From a virus, in the IMG/VR virus record IMGVR_UViG_3300025012_000042, positions 32,001-96,000 of that record: a stretch of 64,000 bases of DNA; one strand, given 5' to 3'. Both the position numbers and the translations under genes were made by a program. The notes under the pieces were generated by a model, which saw only the letters and a program-made list of their open reading frames with translations, had not been told where the DNA came from and did not search any database. This document shows, in pieces, positions 21,411 to 30,771 of this stretch. Numbering within the stretch: the stretch's first letter is position 1; every line of letters starts with the position of its first letter.

Positions 21411-22946
21411 ATGTTAATTAGTAAAACAGTAATAATTAAATGGCATAATAAGACTAAAAAATGGTATGAGAATAAAGGTTACATATATACTCACAATGGT
21501 GACGAATTTGAAGTTAAAGTGGAAGATTTACAAGATGGATCTCACGCATTGGTAGATGTGCAATGTGACGAATGTGGAGAAATATTAAAGGGAAAGAAAT
21601 GGCAAAGTTACAAAAGACACGTGAAAGAAGATGGTAAATATTATTGTAGTCCATGTGCATCACGATTATATGGGGGAGAAATAACCAGGAAAATAAAACT
21701 GTCAAAAAGTAAATCATTTAAACAATGGTGCTACTTGAATCTTTCAAAAGAATTAGCAATATGGACGTTATCTAGATGGGATTATGAATTAAATATCGAT
21801 AAAGATGGTAACGTAATATTGCCTGATGATGTAAGTTACGGTTCTGACAAAGGGTATTGGTTTAAATGTCTTGATCGTCCTGAACATGGATCAGAATTAA
21901 AGAGCATTCATAGTTTTACAAATGGTCGAGAAAAAAGTATTAATTGCATTAAATGCAATTCAATTTCAATTACACATCCATTGGCTGTTAAATATTTGGC
22001 GAATCCAGAAGACGCATTAAAATATTCTCATAGTTCAATGGTTGAAGTTATTACAAAATGCCCAGAATGTGGTCATGAAAAATCAATGGATATTAACCGT
22101 TTAATAAATAAGGGGTTTAGTTGTTCTGTTTGCTCATCTGGGTATTACCCAGAAAAATTTGTATTTAACATGTTAAAACAATTAAATACAAATTTTCAAA
22201 CACAATTATCTAAAAAAACATTTAAATGGTGCGATAAATATAAATATGACAACTACATAAATAAAATAAATTGTATTATAGAAACTCACGGGATTCAACA
22301 CTATGAAGATTCTACTGGTAATTGGATGAAATTGTGTGAAGTCCAAAAAAATGACAGGAATAAAGAGGAATTGGCTAAAAACAACGATATTGAAAATTAC
22401 ATTGTAATTGATTGTCGTAAGTCAGATATGGAATGGATTAAAAAAAGTATTATGAATTCTGAATTACCCAAGTTGTTAGATTTTAAAGATGATGATGTAA
22501 ATTGGCTAGAATGTCATGAGTATGGTTGTAAAAGCTCTGTAAAATTAGTTTGTATTGAGTGGCATGGCGAAGTTAATAATATTTTAAATATAGAAAATAA
22601 ATTAAAAATAAGTAGAAGTGCGGTAATAAATTACTTGAAACAAGGAACTAAACTAGGATGGTGTATACCTCCCTACAATCCCAAGCAAGAACAAGAAAAA
22701 AGAATTGAATTAATGAAAAAGAAAATTAGTAAAAAGGTAATATGCTTAACTACAAAGGAGATATTTAATAGTATATCGGAAGCGACAATAAAAAATAATT
22801 TACGCAATAGTAGTGGTATATCTCAATGCTGTTTAAACAAAAGGAAATCATCTGGAAAACATTTAGAAACAAATGAACCGTTAAGATGGATGTATCATGA
22901 TGAGTATTTAGAAACACAAAATCAAGAACTTCTCCCATTACAATAA
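21411..22946 (+). CDS. Free-standing Zn-ribbon/Vsr-like (DUF559-type) putative homing endonuclease with NUMOD1-like tail
   Basis: VKVEDL..S..VQCDECG N-terminus, Zn ribbons, YDNYI..IIETHGIQHY, KKVICLTTKEIFNSISEA. Confidence 0.7.
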   Translation: MLISKTVIIKWHNKTKKWYENKGYIYTHNGDEFEVKVEDLQDGSHALVDVQCDECGEILKGKKWQSYKRHVKEDGKYYCSPCASRLYGGEITRKIKLSKSKSFKQWCYLNLSKELAIWTLSRWDYELNIDKDGNVILPDDVSYGSDKGYWFKCLDRPEHGSELKSIHSFTNGREKSINCIKCNSISITHPLAVKYLANPEDALKYSHSSMVEVITKCPECGHEKSMDINRLINKGFSCSVCSSGYYPEKFVFNMLKQLNTNFQTQLSKKTFKWCDKYKYDNYINKINCIIETHGIQHYEDSTGNWMKLCEVQKNDRNKEELAKNNDIENYIVIDCRKSDMEWIKKSIMNSELPKLLDFKDDDVNWLECHEYGCKSSVKLVCIEWHGEVNNILNIENKLKISRSAVINYLKQGTKLGWCIPPYNPKQEQEKRIELMKKKISKKVICLTTKEIFNSISEATIKNNLRNSSGISQCCLNKRKSSGKHLETNEPLRWMYHDEYLETQNQELLPLQ

Positions 22947-23659
22947 TGATAATTAAAGTAAGCACTTTCTCCGGAAACAAAATCTCTAAGTATTTTCTTT
23001 ACAAAACCAAAAGGATTCTTAATATGGAATTTTGCATTGAATAATGTATCTAAAGCACTTTTTAATTGATCTGCATTAGCATTGACCTCTCTTAATATTT
23101 TAGTTACAGTAATTGCAAAATCTGAATCTGGGTCTATCCGAGAATCTCCAAGAGTTTTTATGATAGACCAATCATTTTCTTGATTCCAAAATTCTTCTTT
23201 TACAGGTTCATTTTCTGATTTAACCATACATACATCTTTAAATATTGTTGTATTAGGTGTAATGATAGGGACATCTAGGGAAACTTCTTGGACATCTTGT
23301 CTTTTTTTATCCACAGGTTTAGAGGGGATAGGAACACCTAATAATTTATACAAAACATCTAAATCAATTCTATAGGATTTTCCATGATACCAATCTTTAG
23401 ATTCAAATTGTTTAGATATTAAAACTTTCTTATTCTCTAAATCTTTAATTGCTCTTTGAATTGTCTTAGTAGATTTGTTAAGTTCTAAGGCCCACTGATC
23501 TACTGTCTTATAAACCCATAAGAAACCATCTCTATACTTGGTTGCTCTATTCATCCAATACTTCAAACGCGACAATAATTCTGCTTGGGTCTGCCCAAAA
23601 ACATTAACAACAGTAGGTTGAACAACAATTGGTAATTCATTTTCTAAAATAAGATCCAT
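22922..23659 (-). CDS. Plasmid/phage replication initiator (N-terminal wHTH)
   Basis: LLSRLKYW..DGFLWVYKTVDQWALEL..STKTIQRAIKDLE; adjacent to DnaA-box cluster and ParMR. Confidence 0.75.
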   Translation of the reverse strand: MDLILENELPIVVQPTVVNVFGQTQAELLSRLKYWMNRATKYRDGFLWVYKTVDQWALELNKSTKTIQRAIKDLENKKVLISKQFESKDWYHGKSYRIDLDVLYKLLGVPIPSKPVDKKRQDVQEVSLDVPIITPNTTIFKDVCMVKSENEPVKEEFWNQENDWSIIKTLGDSRIDPDSDFAITVTKILREVNANADQLKSALDTLFNAKFHIKNPFGFVKKILRDFVSGESAYFNYHYCNGRSS

Positions 23660-23744
23660 CTGATTAAAACCTTCTTTCAGCATTTTTCGAATAGCAATGC
23701 TGAAGACTGTTTACAAATTTTTAAAATCATGCTAAAATGACTTA

Positions 23745-23822
23745 AAGAATTTAATACGAGTCTTCGTGGTCTCCTACTAGATGTTGTGTCGGCAAAACTT
23801 AGCATCTAATAGGAGATTTTTC
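23745..23822 (+). ncRNA. Putative antisense RNA I against the rep leader
   Basis: Promoter TTTACA(23710)-17-TAAAAT; long hairpin 23770-23817 with loop GTCGGCAAAAC followed by a T run. Confidence 0.55.
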
Positions 23823-23968
23823 ATTACCTATTCAATTTGATTAATATTAACTCAATAAAAAAGTTAGTAGCACGTACATCTCTGCACCAACTACTAACTT
23901 TGAAATCCTTAATCTAATTTATTATCCAAAGACTTGATTTTCTCACAGTCTTTGTTTATAATAATCTC

Positions 23969-24046
23969 AAGAACTTAAAGCTTAATGTTGGTTCAGAACA
24001 TTTTGCTAGAAAACACTTGATCTTTGCAAGAGGTCAGGTGTTTTTG
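23969..24046 (+). ncRNA. Putative antisense RNA II in the rep leader
   Basis: Promoter TTGATT(23934)-17-TATAAT; hairpin AATGTT/AACATT; terminator AAACACTTGATC..GGTCAGGTGTTTTT. Confidence 0.45.
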
Positions 24047-24090
24047 AATTTATTGAGTTAATTTGATTTTTGATTTGTTAGAGTTATATA

Positions 24091-24209
24091 TTCGACAGGT
24101 TGATACAATTCTCCTTCTAAGAAGAAAAATTATCCACAGGTAATAGTATATATCATAATTTCCTTTGTGGATAGATAGTCTTCGACAAAATTTATCCACA
24201 TGTTGATAA
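24091..24209. promoter_or_regulatory. Putative origin: DnaA boxes interleaved with Spo0A boxes
   Basis: TTATCCACA 24130 and 24192, TGTGGATAG 24166, TGTTGATAA 24201; TTCGACA (0A box) 24091 and 24181. Confidence 0.7.
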
Positions 24210-24237
24210 GTGTTCAGGTCGGACAATAAAACAAAAA

Positions 24238-24281
24238 ATAAGCCACACTCAGATACAATTAAGTATTCTGGTGTGGCTTAT
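24238..24281 (-). terminator. Intrinsic terminator
   Basis: ATAAGCCACAC...GTGTGGCTTAT hairpin with A-tract on its left. Confidence 0.6.
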
Positions 24282-24283
24282 AA

Positions 24284-24583
24284 CTATTTCCTATTAGATT
24301 CAATCATATCTGCTAAAAGTTGCACTCTTTTACTTGCTTCTTTCTTTCCTATACTCTGTTCCCATTCATCATAGGTAGTATTATCTAAATCTAATCCCAT
24401 TATTTTTCTAAACATTTCATGGAGACATTCTGTTAATAAACCACTAACATCTCGATCTGTTTTTTCGGCTACTTCAAACAATACCTTCATTTCTAAACTA
24501 TCAGCAGATAACATAAATTCAGGAAAATCATTGTTTTCGCAATGTACAGGTATGAATTTATACGGTCTACTTTTTAAATCCAC
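24284..24583 (-). CDS. Hypothetical protein
   Basis: ORF with AAGGAG RBS. Confidence 0.55.
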   Translation of the reverse strand: MDLKSRPYKFIPVHCENNDFPEFMLSADSLEMKVLFEVAEKTDRDVSGLLTECLHEMFRKIMGLDLDNTTYDEWEQSIGKKEASKRVQLLADMIESNRK

Positions 24584-24644
24584 TTACTTCAACTCCTTTA
24601 TATAAAATATATTAGCATTGAATATCCTTAAAGTCCACATGCTT

Positions 24645-25466
24645 TCACCTAACATTCACTGGCAACCATATTTTCTCCTTAACCTCTATTCTTTCAATTT
24701 CTCTTTTCATCTCATTAATCCTATTATCGCATTCATCTTTCATTTCTTGTCTCATTACCCTTAATTCCAATACATGACTTTCTCTCAATTCACTAATTTC
24801 CTTAATTCTATCTTGTTTTAACTCAACTAATTGTCCTTCTAAAAACACCGATCTATTCTCTGATTCTTTTAATTGAAGTTGCAAATATTTATTAGAGTCT
24901 TCCATCTCGCCGATAGAAAGTTCCAATTCATCTACCGACCCAATTCTTTTCTTCATCTCATCATTTTCTAATCTTAATGTTTCTATTAAATAATTTGAGT
25001 TATTATGTCCGGCCTCTAATTCAATATTCCTTTTGGATAAAGTCTCCGACTTATCTTCTGCTTCTTTTTTAGCTTTATCAGAATCTTTTTTGCTATTTTC
25101 AGCAATATCAATTCTTTCTCTTAGAGAATCTAAAGTGGTTTTAAAATCATTTGTTAATGTTTGAACTGTCTCCATATGGAATCTTTTCTGATCAGCTTCA
25201 CTCCTGGTAATCTCAGTAAACATTTGAACTATGCGTTCTACATGCTCTTTCATTTTCAACATGTTTGGAGTTATAAGTTCGGATATTCCACCCGATTCTG
25301 ATTCTAATTGATCTTTCTTTAATCTGATTACATCAAGCAATAAGTCTTTTGATGTTAAACCTGTGCGGGTTTGAAGTGAGGCCCATTCATTTTTACCATC
25401 TTCGTTGTCTAATCTGATTGAAAGGGAGGATGGAGATGGTTTTCTAGTATCTTCTGATTCATTCAT
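24645..25466 (-). CDS. Coiled-coil protein with short N-terminal putative DNA-binding region (KfrA-like architecture)
   Basis: SLSIRLD N-terminus then long heptad region; own sigmaA promoter 25565-25593; plasmid context. Confidence 0.5.
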   Translation of the reverse strand: MNESEDTRKPSPSSLSIRLDNEDGKNEWASLQTRTGLTSKDLLLDVIRLKKDQLESESGGISELITPNMLKMKEHVERIVQMFTEITRSEADQKRFHMETVQTLTNDFKTTLDSLRERIDIAENSKKDSDKAKKEAEDKSETLSKRNIELEAGHNNSNYLIETLRLENDEMKKRIGSVDELELSIGEMEDSNKYLQLQLKESENRSVFLEGQLVELKQDRIKEISELRESHVLELRVMRQEMKDECDNRINEMKREIERIEVKEKIWLPVNVR

Positions 25467-25564
25467 GATTTGGTGCCTCCTTTGAGATTATGATAATGTA
25501 TACATTTTAGGTAGTTATAATGGTACGTATACACATGTATACACGTAAACTTTTGTATACATTG

Positions 25565-25678
25565 ATTATAGCATAAAATGGTAAGGTGAGCAAGATGTAT
25601 AAAAATGTGTTGCAAAGTATGGGGTATGACTATATAATATCCATAAAGGTAAATACCCCATACTTTATAGTGGGGTAT
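25565..25678. promoter_or_regulatory. Divergent promoters with ParR operator/parC repeats
   Basis: TTGCAA-17-TATAAT (+) and TTGCTC-17-TATAAT (-); perfect inverted repeat AAAGTATGGGGTAT (25614)/ATACCCCATACTTT (25653) plus TGGGGTAT at 25671. Confidence 0.65.
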
Positions 25679-25698
25679 AATATGAAGGAGGAATATTT

Positions 25699-26550
25699 AT
25701 GGCAATTCAGATCATTCCAATCGACTGTGGACGCAACACTGTAAAGTTATTAAACAATCAATCATTTAGATCTGTGGTTGGAGATTGGCATCATAGGGAA
25801 ATATCTGATAATGAAGAATATGAAGTAATTATCAACGACAAAGAAAAACATTTTGTAGGACAATTGGCACTCGATGAGTCGTTTGCCCCAATCGAGATGA
25901 GTACAACATCAAAGATTCATGAACAGACAAGAGTGCTTTTTTTAACTGGGGTCGGCCTATCCTTAGAGGAAGATGACAGTGATTTATATATTTGCACAGG
26001 TGTACCAGTTGATCAGTTCAATGCCACAACAAAATCTGCATTGGAAAATTTATTATTTGGCAAATACGATATTCAAATTAATGGGGAACATAAAAAATTC
26101 TGTATAAACAATCTAAATATTATACCTGAATCTGTTGCCAGCTTTCAATATGCATTATCGAAAGATGAAAATTTATCAATTGGTAAGAAAAGAATAATTG
26201 ACTTAGGAAGTTTAACCGTGAATTATAGTTCTATGAACGGTAGTAAGTTTGTCACAAGAGATTCTGGAACACTGGCTTTCGGTTCCATTAAACTAAAAGG
26301 GAATCAAATTGATAATTCTCAATATGTTGGAAAGATTGTAGCTGAACTTAGTCAGAGATTCACAGACTACGAAATCTCTGATCGAGTTTTATTAACTGGT
26401 GGAGGAGCATTGCAATTTGGTGATTTATTTAAGAAATATTATCCTAATTGCTCAGTTTTAGATAATTGTGTCTATGCTAATGTAGAAGGTTATCACAGGA
26501 TGGGCGTGAAAAAATGGGCAAAAGCACAGGCGAACTCACAGGTCGAGTAA
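25699..26550 (+). CDS. parM: ParM/StbA actin-like segregation ATPase
   Basis: IDCGRNTVK, TGVP, IPES, IDLGSLT, LTGGGA. Confidence 0.9.
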   Translation: MAIQIIPIDCGRNTVKLLNNQSFRSVVGDWHHREISDNEEYEVIINDKEKHFVGQLALDESFAPIEMSTTSKIHEQTRVLFLTGVGLSLEEDDSDLYICTGVPVDQFNATTKSALENLLFGKYDIQINGEHKKFCINNLNIIPESVASFQYALSKDENLSIGKKRIIDLGSLTVNYSSMNGSKFVTRDSGTLAFGSIKLKGNQIDNSQYVGKIVAELSQRFTDYEISDRVLLTGGGALQFGDLFKKYYPNCSVLDNCVYANVEGYHRMGVKKWAKAQANSQVE

Positions 26551-26765
26551 AAAGAAAAGGTGTTTATTTTAATTTAGACGATGAAGATGAATTATTACTT
26601 TATGAAAAGGCAAACGAGATTAGAAATTTTAGTAAATGGGTTAAGAAGCAATTAGTTAATGATGGGGTCGTAGTTAAAGAGGGAATAAAAGAGACTGTAG
26701 TAGAGCATATTAAGGTTGAAAGAAGGAGAGTAGAAAAGGATGAACTTGACGATATGATGATTTAA
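26514..26765 (+). CDS. ParR-like adaptor
   Basis: Overlaps parM; KGVYFNL..LYE..NFSKWVKKQL RHH-like region; acidic tail. Confidence 0.7.
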   Translation: MGKSTGELTGRVKRKGVYFNLDDEDELLLYEKANEIRNFSKWVKKQLVNDGVVVKEGIKETVVEHIKVERRRVEKDELDDMMI

Positions 26766-26797
26766 AGACATAACTGTAATAGTTGTGTCTTCTTTTT
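26765..26797 (+). terminator. Intrinsic terminator of parMR
   Basis: AAGACATAACT-GTAAT-AGTTGTGTCTT then CTTTTT. Confidence 0.65.
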
Positions 26798-27021
26798 GTT
26801 TAGATAGTATGTAGGAATATAAGGGGTAATGTTTGTGGTAATGGGATAGTATGTAGGAAAATTTATAGGAGAGTATGGGGTATGAAATTAGTCCTGAGAA
26901 ATCAGGGCTTATTCTTTTCCCATTTATTACATTTACTAAAAGTGTAATATTGTACAATCCCTACTCAATAAAGATTAAACATATCATCATTAATCACAAT
27001 CTATCAAAGGAGGATGCAACA

Positions 27022-27282
27022 TTGATTACCGATAAACTCAATAAATCAGAGATTAAAGTTCTTCAAGTTCTTCAAGAATCAAATATCACTAATGATATGA
27101 ATGCTATGAAAATATCAACATTGTCAGAGAAAACTGGATTAAGTTATTTCATTGTAAGAAATATTATCAAGAGTTTTTATATTGCTGGTATCTGTACAAA
27201 AGGACGGAAAGAGGGGAATGGAGAGACATTTTATTTAAGTGAATTATATCAAGAAATTAAGGGAGGAATTATTAATGAGTAA
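27022..27282 (+). CDS. Winged-helix DNA-binding protein
   Basis: AAGGAGG plus TTG; ISTLSEKTGLSYFIVRNIIKSF HTH and wing. Confidence 0.65.
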   Translation: MITDKLNKSEIKVLQVLQESNITNDMNAMKISTLSEKTGLSYFIVRNIIKSFYIAGICTKGRKEGNGETFYLSELYQEIKGGIINE

Positions 27283-27577
27283 ATTATACACAATCCTAAA
27301 ACCAAGTAATTCTATCTATAAGAAAACACAAAAGCGACTTCAAACTGTAACTTTTAATTGTGAAATATGTGCAATTAAATATCCTACGTTTACCGAAAAA
27401 TCTATTATCACAAAAGATATTGATTCTGAACTTATTCATGTTTTAAATTATTGTCCTAAATGTTTACAGAGATTCCCCATTCAATTTAATTTAAATGATA
27501 ATAGTGTTTCTATAGCATGGCCTAGTTGGGATGGTAAGGATGAAGATGGAATTTATCCGAGGAGAATGGAGGGTTAG
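27275..27577 (+). CDS. Zn-ribbon hypothetical protein
   Basis: CEIC...CPKC. Confidence 0.5.
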   Translation: MSKLYTILKPSNSIYKKTQKRLQTVTFNCEICAIKYPTFTEKSIITKDIDSELIHVLNYCPKCLQRFPIQFNLNDNSVSIAWPSWDGKDEDGIYPRRMEG

Positions 27578-27602
27578 AGGTTAGATTAAGGGAGGAATCA
27601 TA

Positions 27603-27890
27603 ATGCAAGCATATTTTACTAAATTTGATAATGATTCTAATTGGGTTAAGGGTGAAGTCGGTAGATTTAGATTTGATGCTAAACTATACAACACTCCATC
27701 TAGATTAGGTATTGATGGTGGAAGGGTTAGTGCGTTAGCAATATTTGAAGGAGAACAGTTTAATCATAATAATTGCGAAGTTCATTATAATCGTGGATGG
27801 GACATTGAACCAAATGAGGATATGATGGATTATTTTGATGCTGTAATGGATTTATTGGAGAATAGTGAGGAAAGGGATTTGGATGAGTAA
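27603..27890 (+). CDS. Conserved Firmicutes mobile-element protein
   Basis: AKLY..PS..GIDGGRVS.L...YNRGWDIEP. Confidence 0.55.
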   Translation: MQAYFTKFDNDSNWVKGEVGRFRFDAKLYNTPSRLGIDGGRVSALAIFEGEQFNHNNCEVHYNRGWDIEPNEDMMDYFDAVMDLLENSEERDLDE

Positions 27891-28125
27891 TGATATTTAC
27901 CTTAAAGTATTGGACTTAGCAGGTTACGAATTAGAATATGGTATTTCATTAGAGACTCAAGTTAGGAATTTGTTTATTGATATGGTAGATGGTGGAATGT
28001 ATTCAGATGTAAGGAATAAAGAGGAAGTAGATGATTTTATTGAGGAAATTGGAATTGATGGAGTGGTTAAGATGTTGGTTAGAAGTATGGAGGGTTATAG
28101 GGAGTTTAAGGTTAAGTATGGTTAA
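27883..28125 (+). CDS. Hypothetical protein
   Basis: Translationally coupled ORF. Confidence 0.5.
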   Translation: MSNDIYLKVLDLAGYELEYGISLETQVRNLFIDMVDGGMYSDVRNKEEVDDFIEEIGIDGVVKMLVRSMEGYREFKVKYG

Positions 28126-28139
28126 GGAGTTAAATTAGT

Positions 28140-28730
28140 ATGAAAAAAACAAAAGGAAAACTAATTCCCAAACTAAGCAAAAAACTATTATTTTCGCTTT
28201 TATTATTAACTTTATTGTCAATACCTCATCCTGCCTCAGCTAAAGGAGAATTGACCACAGAAGAAGCAAAAAGCATTTTAAACATTATTATTAATAAAAC
28301 TTATATATTGCTTACTTCTTCCTCTAATTATATCTATCCAGTAGATGGAATAATCTCAAGTCCTTATGGCACAAGAGAGTCTTCATTAGATGGATTTCAT
28401 TATGGAATTGATATTGCGGTAGTAGAAAATACCCCTGTTCATGCTTCAAATTTTGGCATAGTAATTAAAGCAGAATTTAATGAAATGATTGGAAATGTTG
28501 TGTATATCAATCATTCTGATGGAAAACAGACTGTGTACGCTCACAACAATAAATTATTAGTCAATGTTGGAGATAAAGTAAATCAAAATGATGTAATTGC
28601 TTTTTCTGGAAATACAGGATTACTGTCCAGAGGACCACATGTACATTTTGAAATTCGTACTAATAATGGAACTAATTCATTAAATCCAATGAATTATTTA
28701 CCTGCAAAACAAAATAAACCCCTCAAATGA
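28140..28730 (+). CDS. Secreted M23 peptidase (cell-wall hydrolase)
   Basis: Signal peptide; HYGIDIA, YAHN, GPHVHFEI. Confidence 0.9.
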   Translation: MKKTKGKLIPKLSKKLLFSLLLLTLLSIPHPASAKGELTTEEAKSILNIIINKTYILLTSSSNYIYPVDGIISSPYGTRESSLDGFHYGIDIAVVENTPVHASNFGIVIKAEFNEMIGNVVYINHSDGKQTVYAHNNKLLVNVGDKVNQNDVIAFSGNTGLLSRGPHVHFEIRTNNGTNSLNPMNYLPAKQNKPLK

Positions 28731-28756
28731 GGGGATGAAATGGAGCATATGATTAA

Positions 28757-28858
28757 TTATTGAACTAATTTTCCTAATTGCTGTACTATATCAACTAATT
28801 CGTATGCTCCATATCCCATTAATCCTACTCCAATTACTGTTCCAAATATTAAAAACAT
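28757..28858 (-). CDS. 33-aa membrane peptide
   Basis: AAGGAGTG RBS; MFLIFGTVIGVGLMGYGAYELVDIVQQLGKLVQ. Confidence 0.55.
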   Translation of the reverse strand: MFLIFGTVIGVGLMGYGAYELVDIVQQLGKLVQ

Positions 28859-29103
28859 AAATTTTCACTCCTTTAAATCATATTTTAATGACTATATTGT
28901 TACCAAACTATATGTCGAATATACATGAATTAATGTAAATTTTAAGACAAGAACCCTATATTAACCCCCTATGTTAAGTATAGTACACTCTAAATCCTAC
29001 AGCCCTTTAATACCAATGGTCTTAGAATTGAAAATGTGGGGTCTTCTTATATAAGGAGGCAAGATTTGCCGACTGTTTTAAATTTCAAAGGAGGTTGTTT
29101 ACA

Positions 29104-29355
29104 TTGAATGAATTTTTAAGTTGGTCAACAAAGATTTGTTTGGCTATGACTGCTCTTGGTGGAGGATTGGCTATGCTCATGATAGTATGGTCTGGGATTA
29201 TGGATATAATTGGAAATGGGCAATGGAAGGCACAAGCCAAGGAATTAAAGGAATCGGTAATTAGAGGATGTATTACTATAATCGTTGGGCCTTGGGTTAT
29301 AAAAATTCTTTGGACTATACTCAAAGGAATTTTTCCAACACTTCCTACATTTTAA
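29104..29355 (+). CDS. VirB2/TrbC pilin-like protein
   Basis: Two hydrophobic helices around AQAKELK..I.G; first gene of T4SS-like cluster. Confidence 0.6.
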   Translation: MNEFLSWSTKICLAMTALGGGLAMLMIVWSGIMDIIGNGQWKAQAKELKESVIRGCITIIVGPWVIKILWTILKGIFPTLPTF

Positions 29356-29384
29356 TTATTGCAATTCTAAAGGGGATGATCATA

Positions 29385-30419
29385 ATGCTTACAGTTGGAG
29401 AAGTTGGAGACGCAATTATTGATTTATTTATTAAACCACCATCTCCTGAAACTGTTGATAAAGTAAATGGGGCATTATTTGATGTCCCTACTCCAGAAAC
29501 GATAGAGAGTGTCAATAATGTTTTATTTAATGCGCCTACACCACATGATATTTCTACGGTTAATGGGAGATTAGAACATTTTATTACTGATTCATTAGTA
29601 CAAAACTTTGCACAATTATTTCTTCATACACCTAATGTACTATTAGAAAATCCAACAATATTAGTTTTACACTCATTCTTTTTAAAAATAATTATTGCTT
29701 TTTCATTCGCAGGAATAGTATATTTTGGAATTATGCAAGTCATGAACAAAAGTAGTAAATATCAGACAAATGAATATATTGTAAAAATAGCTCAATCGAT
29801 GGTAATTATAAATATAGTAATTATAGCACTACCAACACTAATAGAAACAACAAACAAATTAACTATAGCAATTCTTTCAATAGGTGGAACAGAAGCAGAG
29901 ATGATAAAGGCTCTAACTCCTCAGTACGGTTTAGGCTTAATCATATTCACACTAATATTTGCTTTAATACTAATCAATCTAATATGGTATTACTTTATGA
30001 GAATGATTTCTATTATGTTTTTAGTTGCTACAGCACCCATATTCTTTTTTCTATGGTTATTTCCTAAACATCAAAATATGAGACAAATATGGATTGATGA
30101 GCTATTGGATAACTTACAAGCACCTATTATTCATGCGATTATTATGGTCATTTGGTTAGGTTTTGAGTCATCTATTTCAAAATCAAATCACGGAGGACTT
30201 TATCACATTATGCTTTGTATAGCAGCAGGTTCATTTATGATTCAAGCACCTAGTTATGTGCAACAATGGATTAGTTATGGACACCAAGCACCTACTCCTA
30301 TTCAAATGTTCAAAGAAATTAAGTATGGATTAAGTCCTAGAAAACTTATCGGTTATGGAGGATTTGGAAGAATGGGAGGAAACATGTTTAGAGGAAGAGG
30401 AACTACAAGAAGGAGGTAA
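29385..30419 (+). CDS. VirB6/TrbL-like polytopic membrane protein
   Basis: 5-6 TM segments; MRMISIMFLVATAPIFF..LFP..W pattern. Confidence 0.65.
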   Translation: MLTVGEVGDAIIDLFIKPPSPETVDKVNGALFDVPTPETIESVNNVLFNAPTPHDISTVNGRLEHFITDSLVQNFAQLFLHTPNVLLENPTILVLHSFFLKIIIAFSFAGIVYFGIMQVMNKSSKYQTNEYIVKIAQSMVIINIVIIALPTLIETTNKLTIAILSIGGTEAEMIKALTPQYGLGLIIFTLIFALILINLIWYYFMRMISIMFLVATAPIFFFLWLFPKHQNMRQIWIDELLDNLQAPIIHAIIMVIWLGFESSISKSNHGGLYHIMLCIAAGSFMIQAPSYVQQWISYGHQAPTPIQMFKEIKYGLSPRKLIGYGGFGRMGGNMFRGRGTTRRR

Positions 30420-30423
30420 TTTA

Positions 30424-30771
30424 ATGTTTAATAATGAGATGTTTGAAACTAATCAAATCATTGAAATGAAGGATGAAATATTCTATGGACTTACAGGCAA
30501 ACAAACAATTTATTTAATATCTGGGATAGTTTTAAGTTTATCTATATTTAATACTGCATTACCTATTATTGCAAAACTATTCATTCTACCAAATATCGGT
30601 ATTCCTACTGCAATTCTAGTTAAAACTGATATTGATCAAGGAATAGTTTCTTTCTTCAAATTTAAGTGGAGAGGGGTGACAAAACAAAATGTTACAATAC
30701 AATCTTTACCCAAAAGCAAATTATCTTTTAGCAACAAAAGAAGAACAAACACTACTCCGATCCAAGTTTAA
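30424..30771 (+). CDS. PrgI/VirB3-like membrane protein
   Basis: EMKDEIFYGLTGKQTIY plus 2 TMs upstream of VirB4. Confidence 0.7.
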   Translation: MFNNEMFETNQIIEMKDEIFYGLTGKQTIYLISGIVLSLSIFNTALPIIAKLFILPNIGIPTAILVKTDIDQGIVSFFKFKWRGVTKQNVTIQSLPKSKLSFSNKRRTNTTPIQV

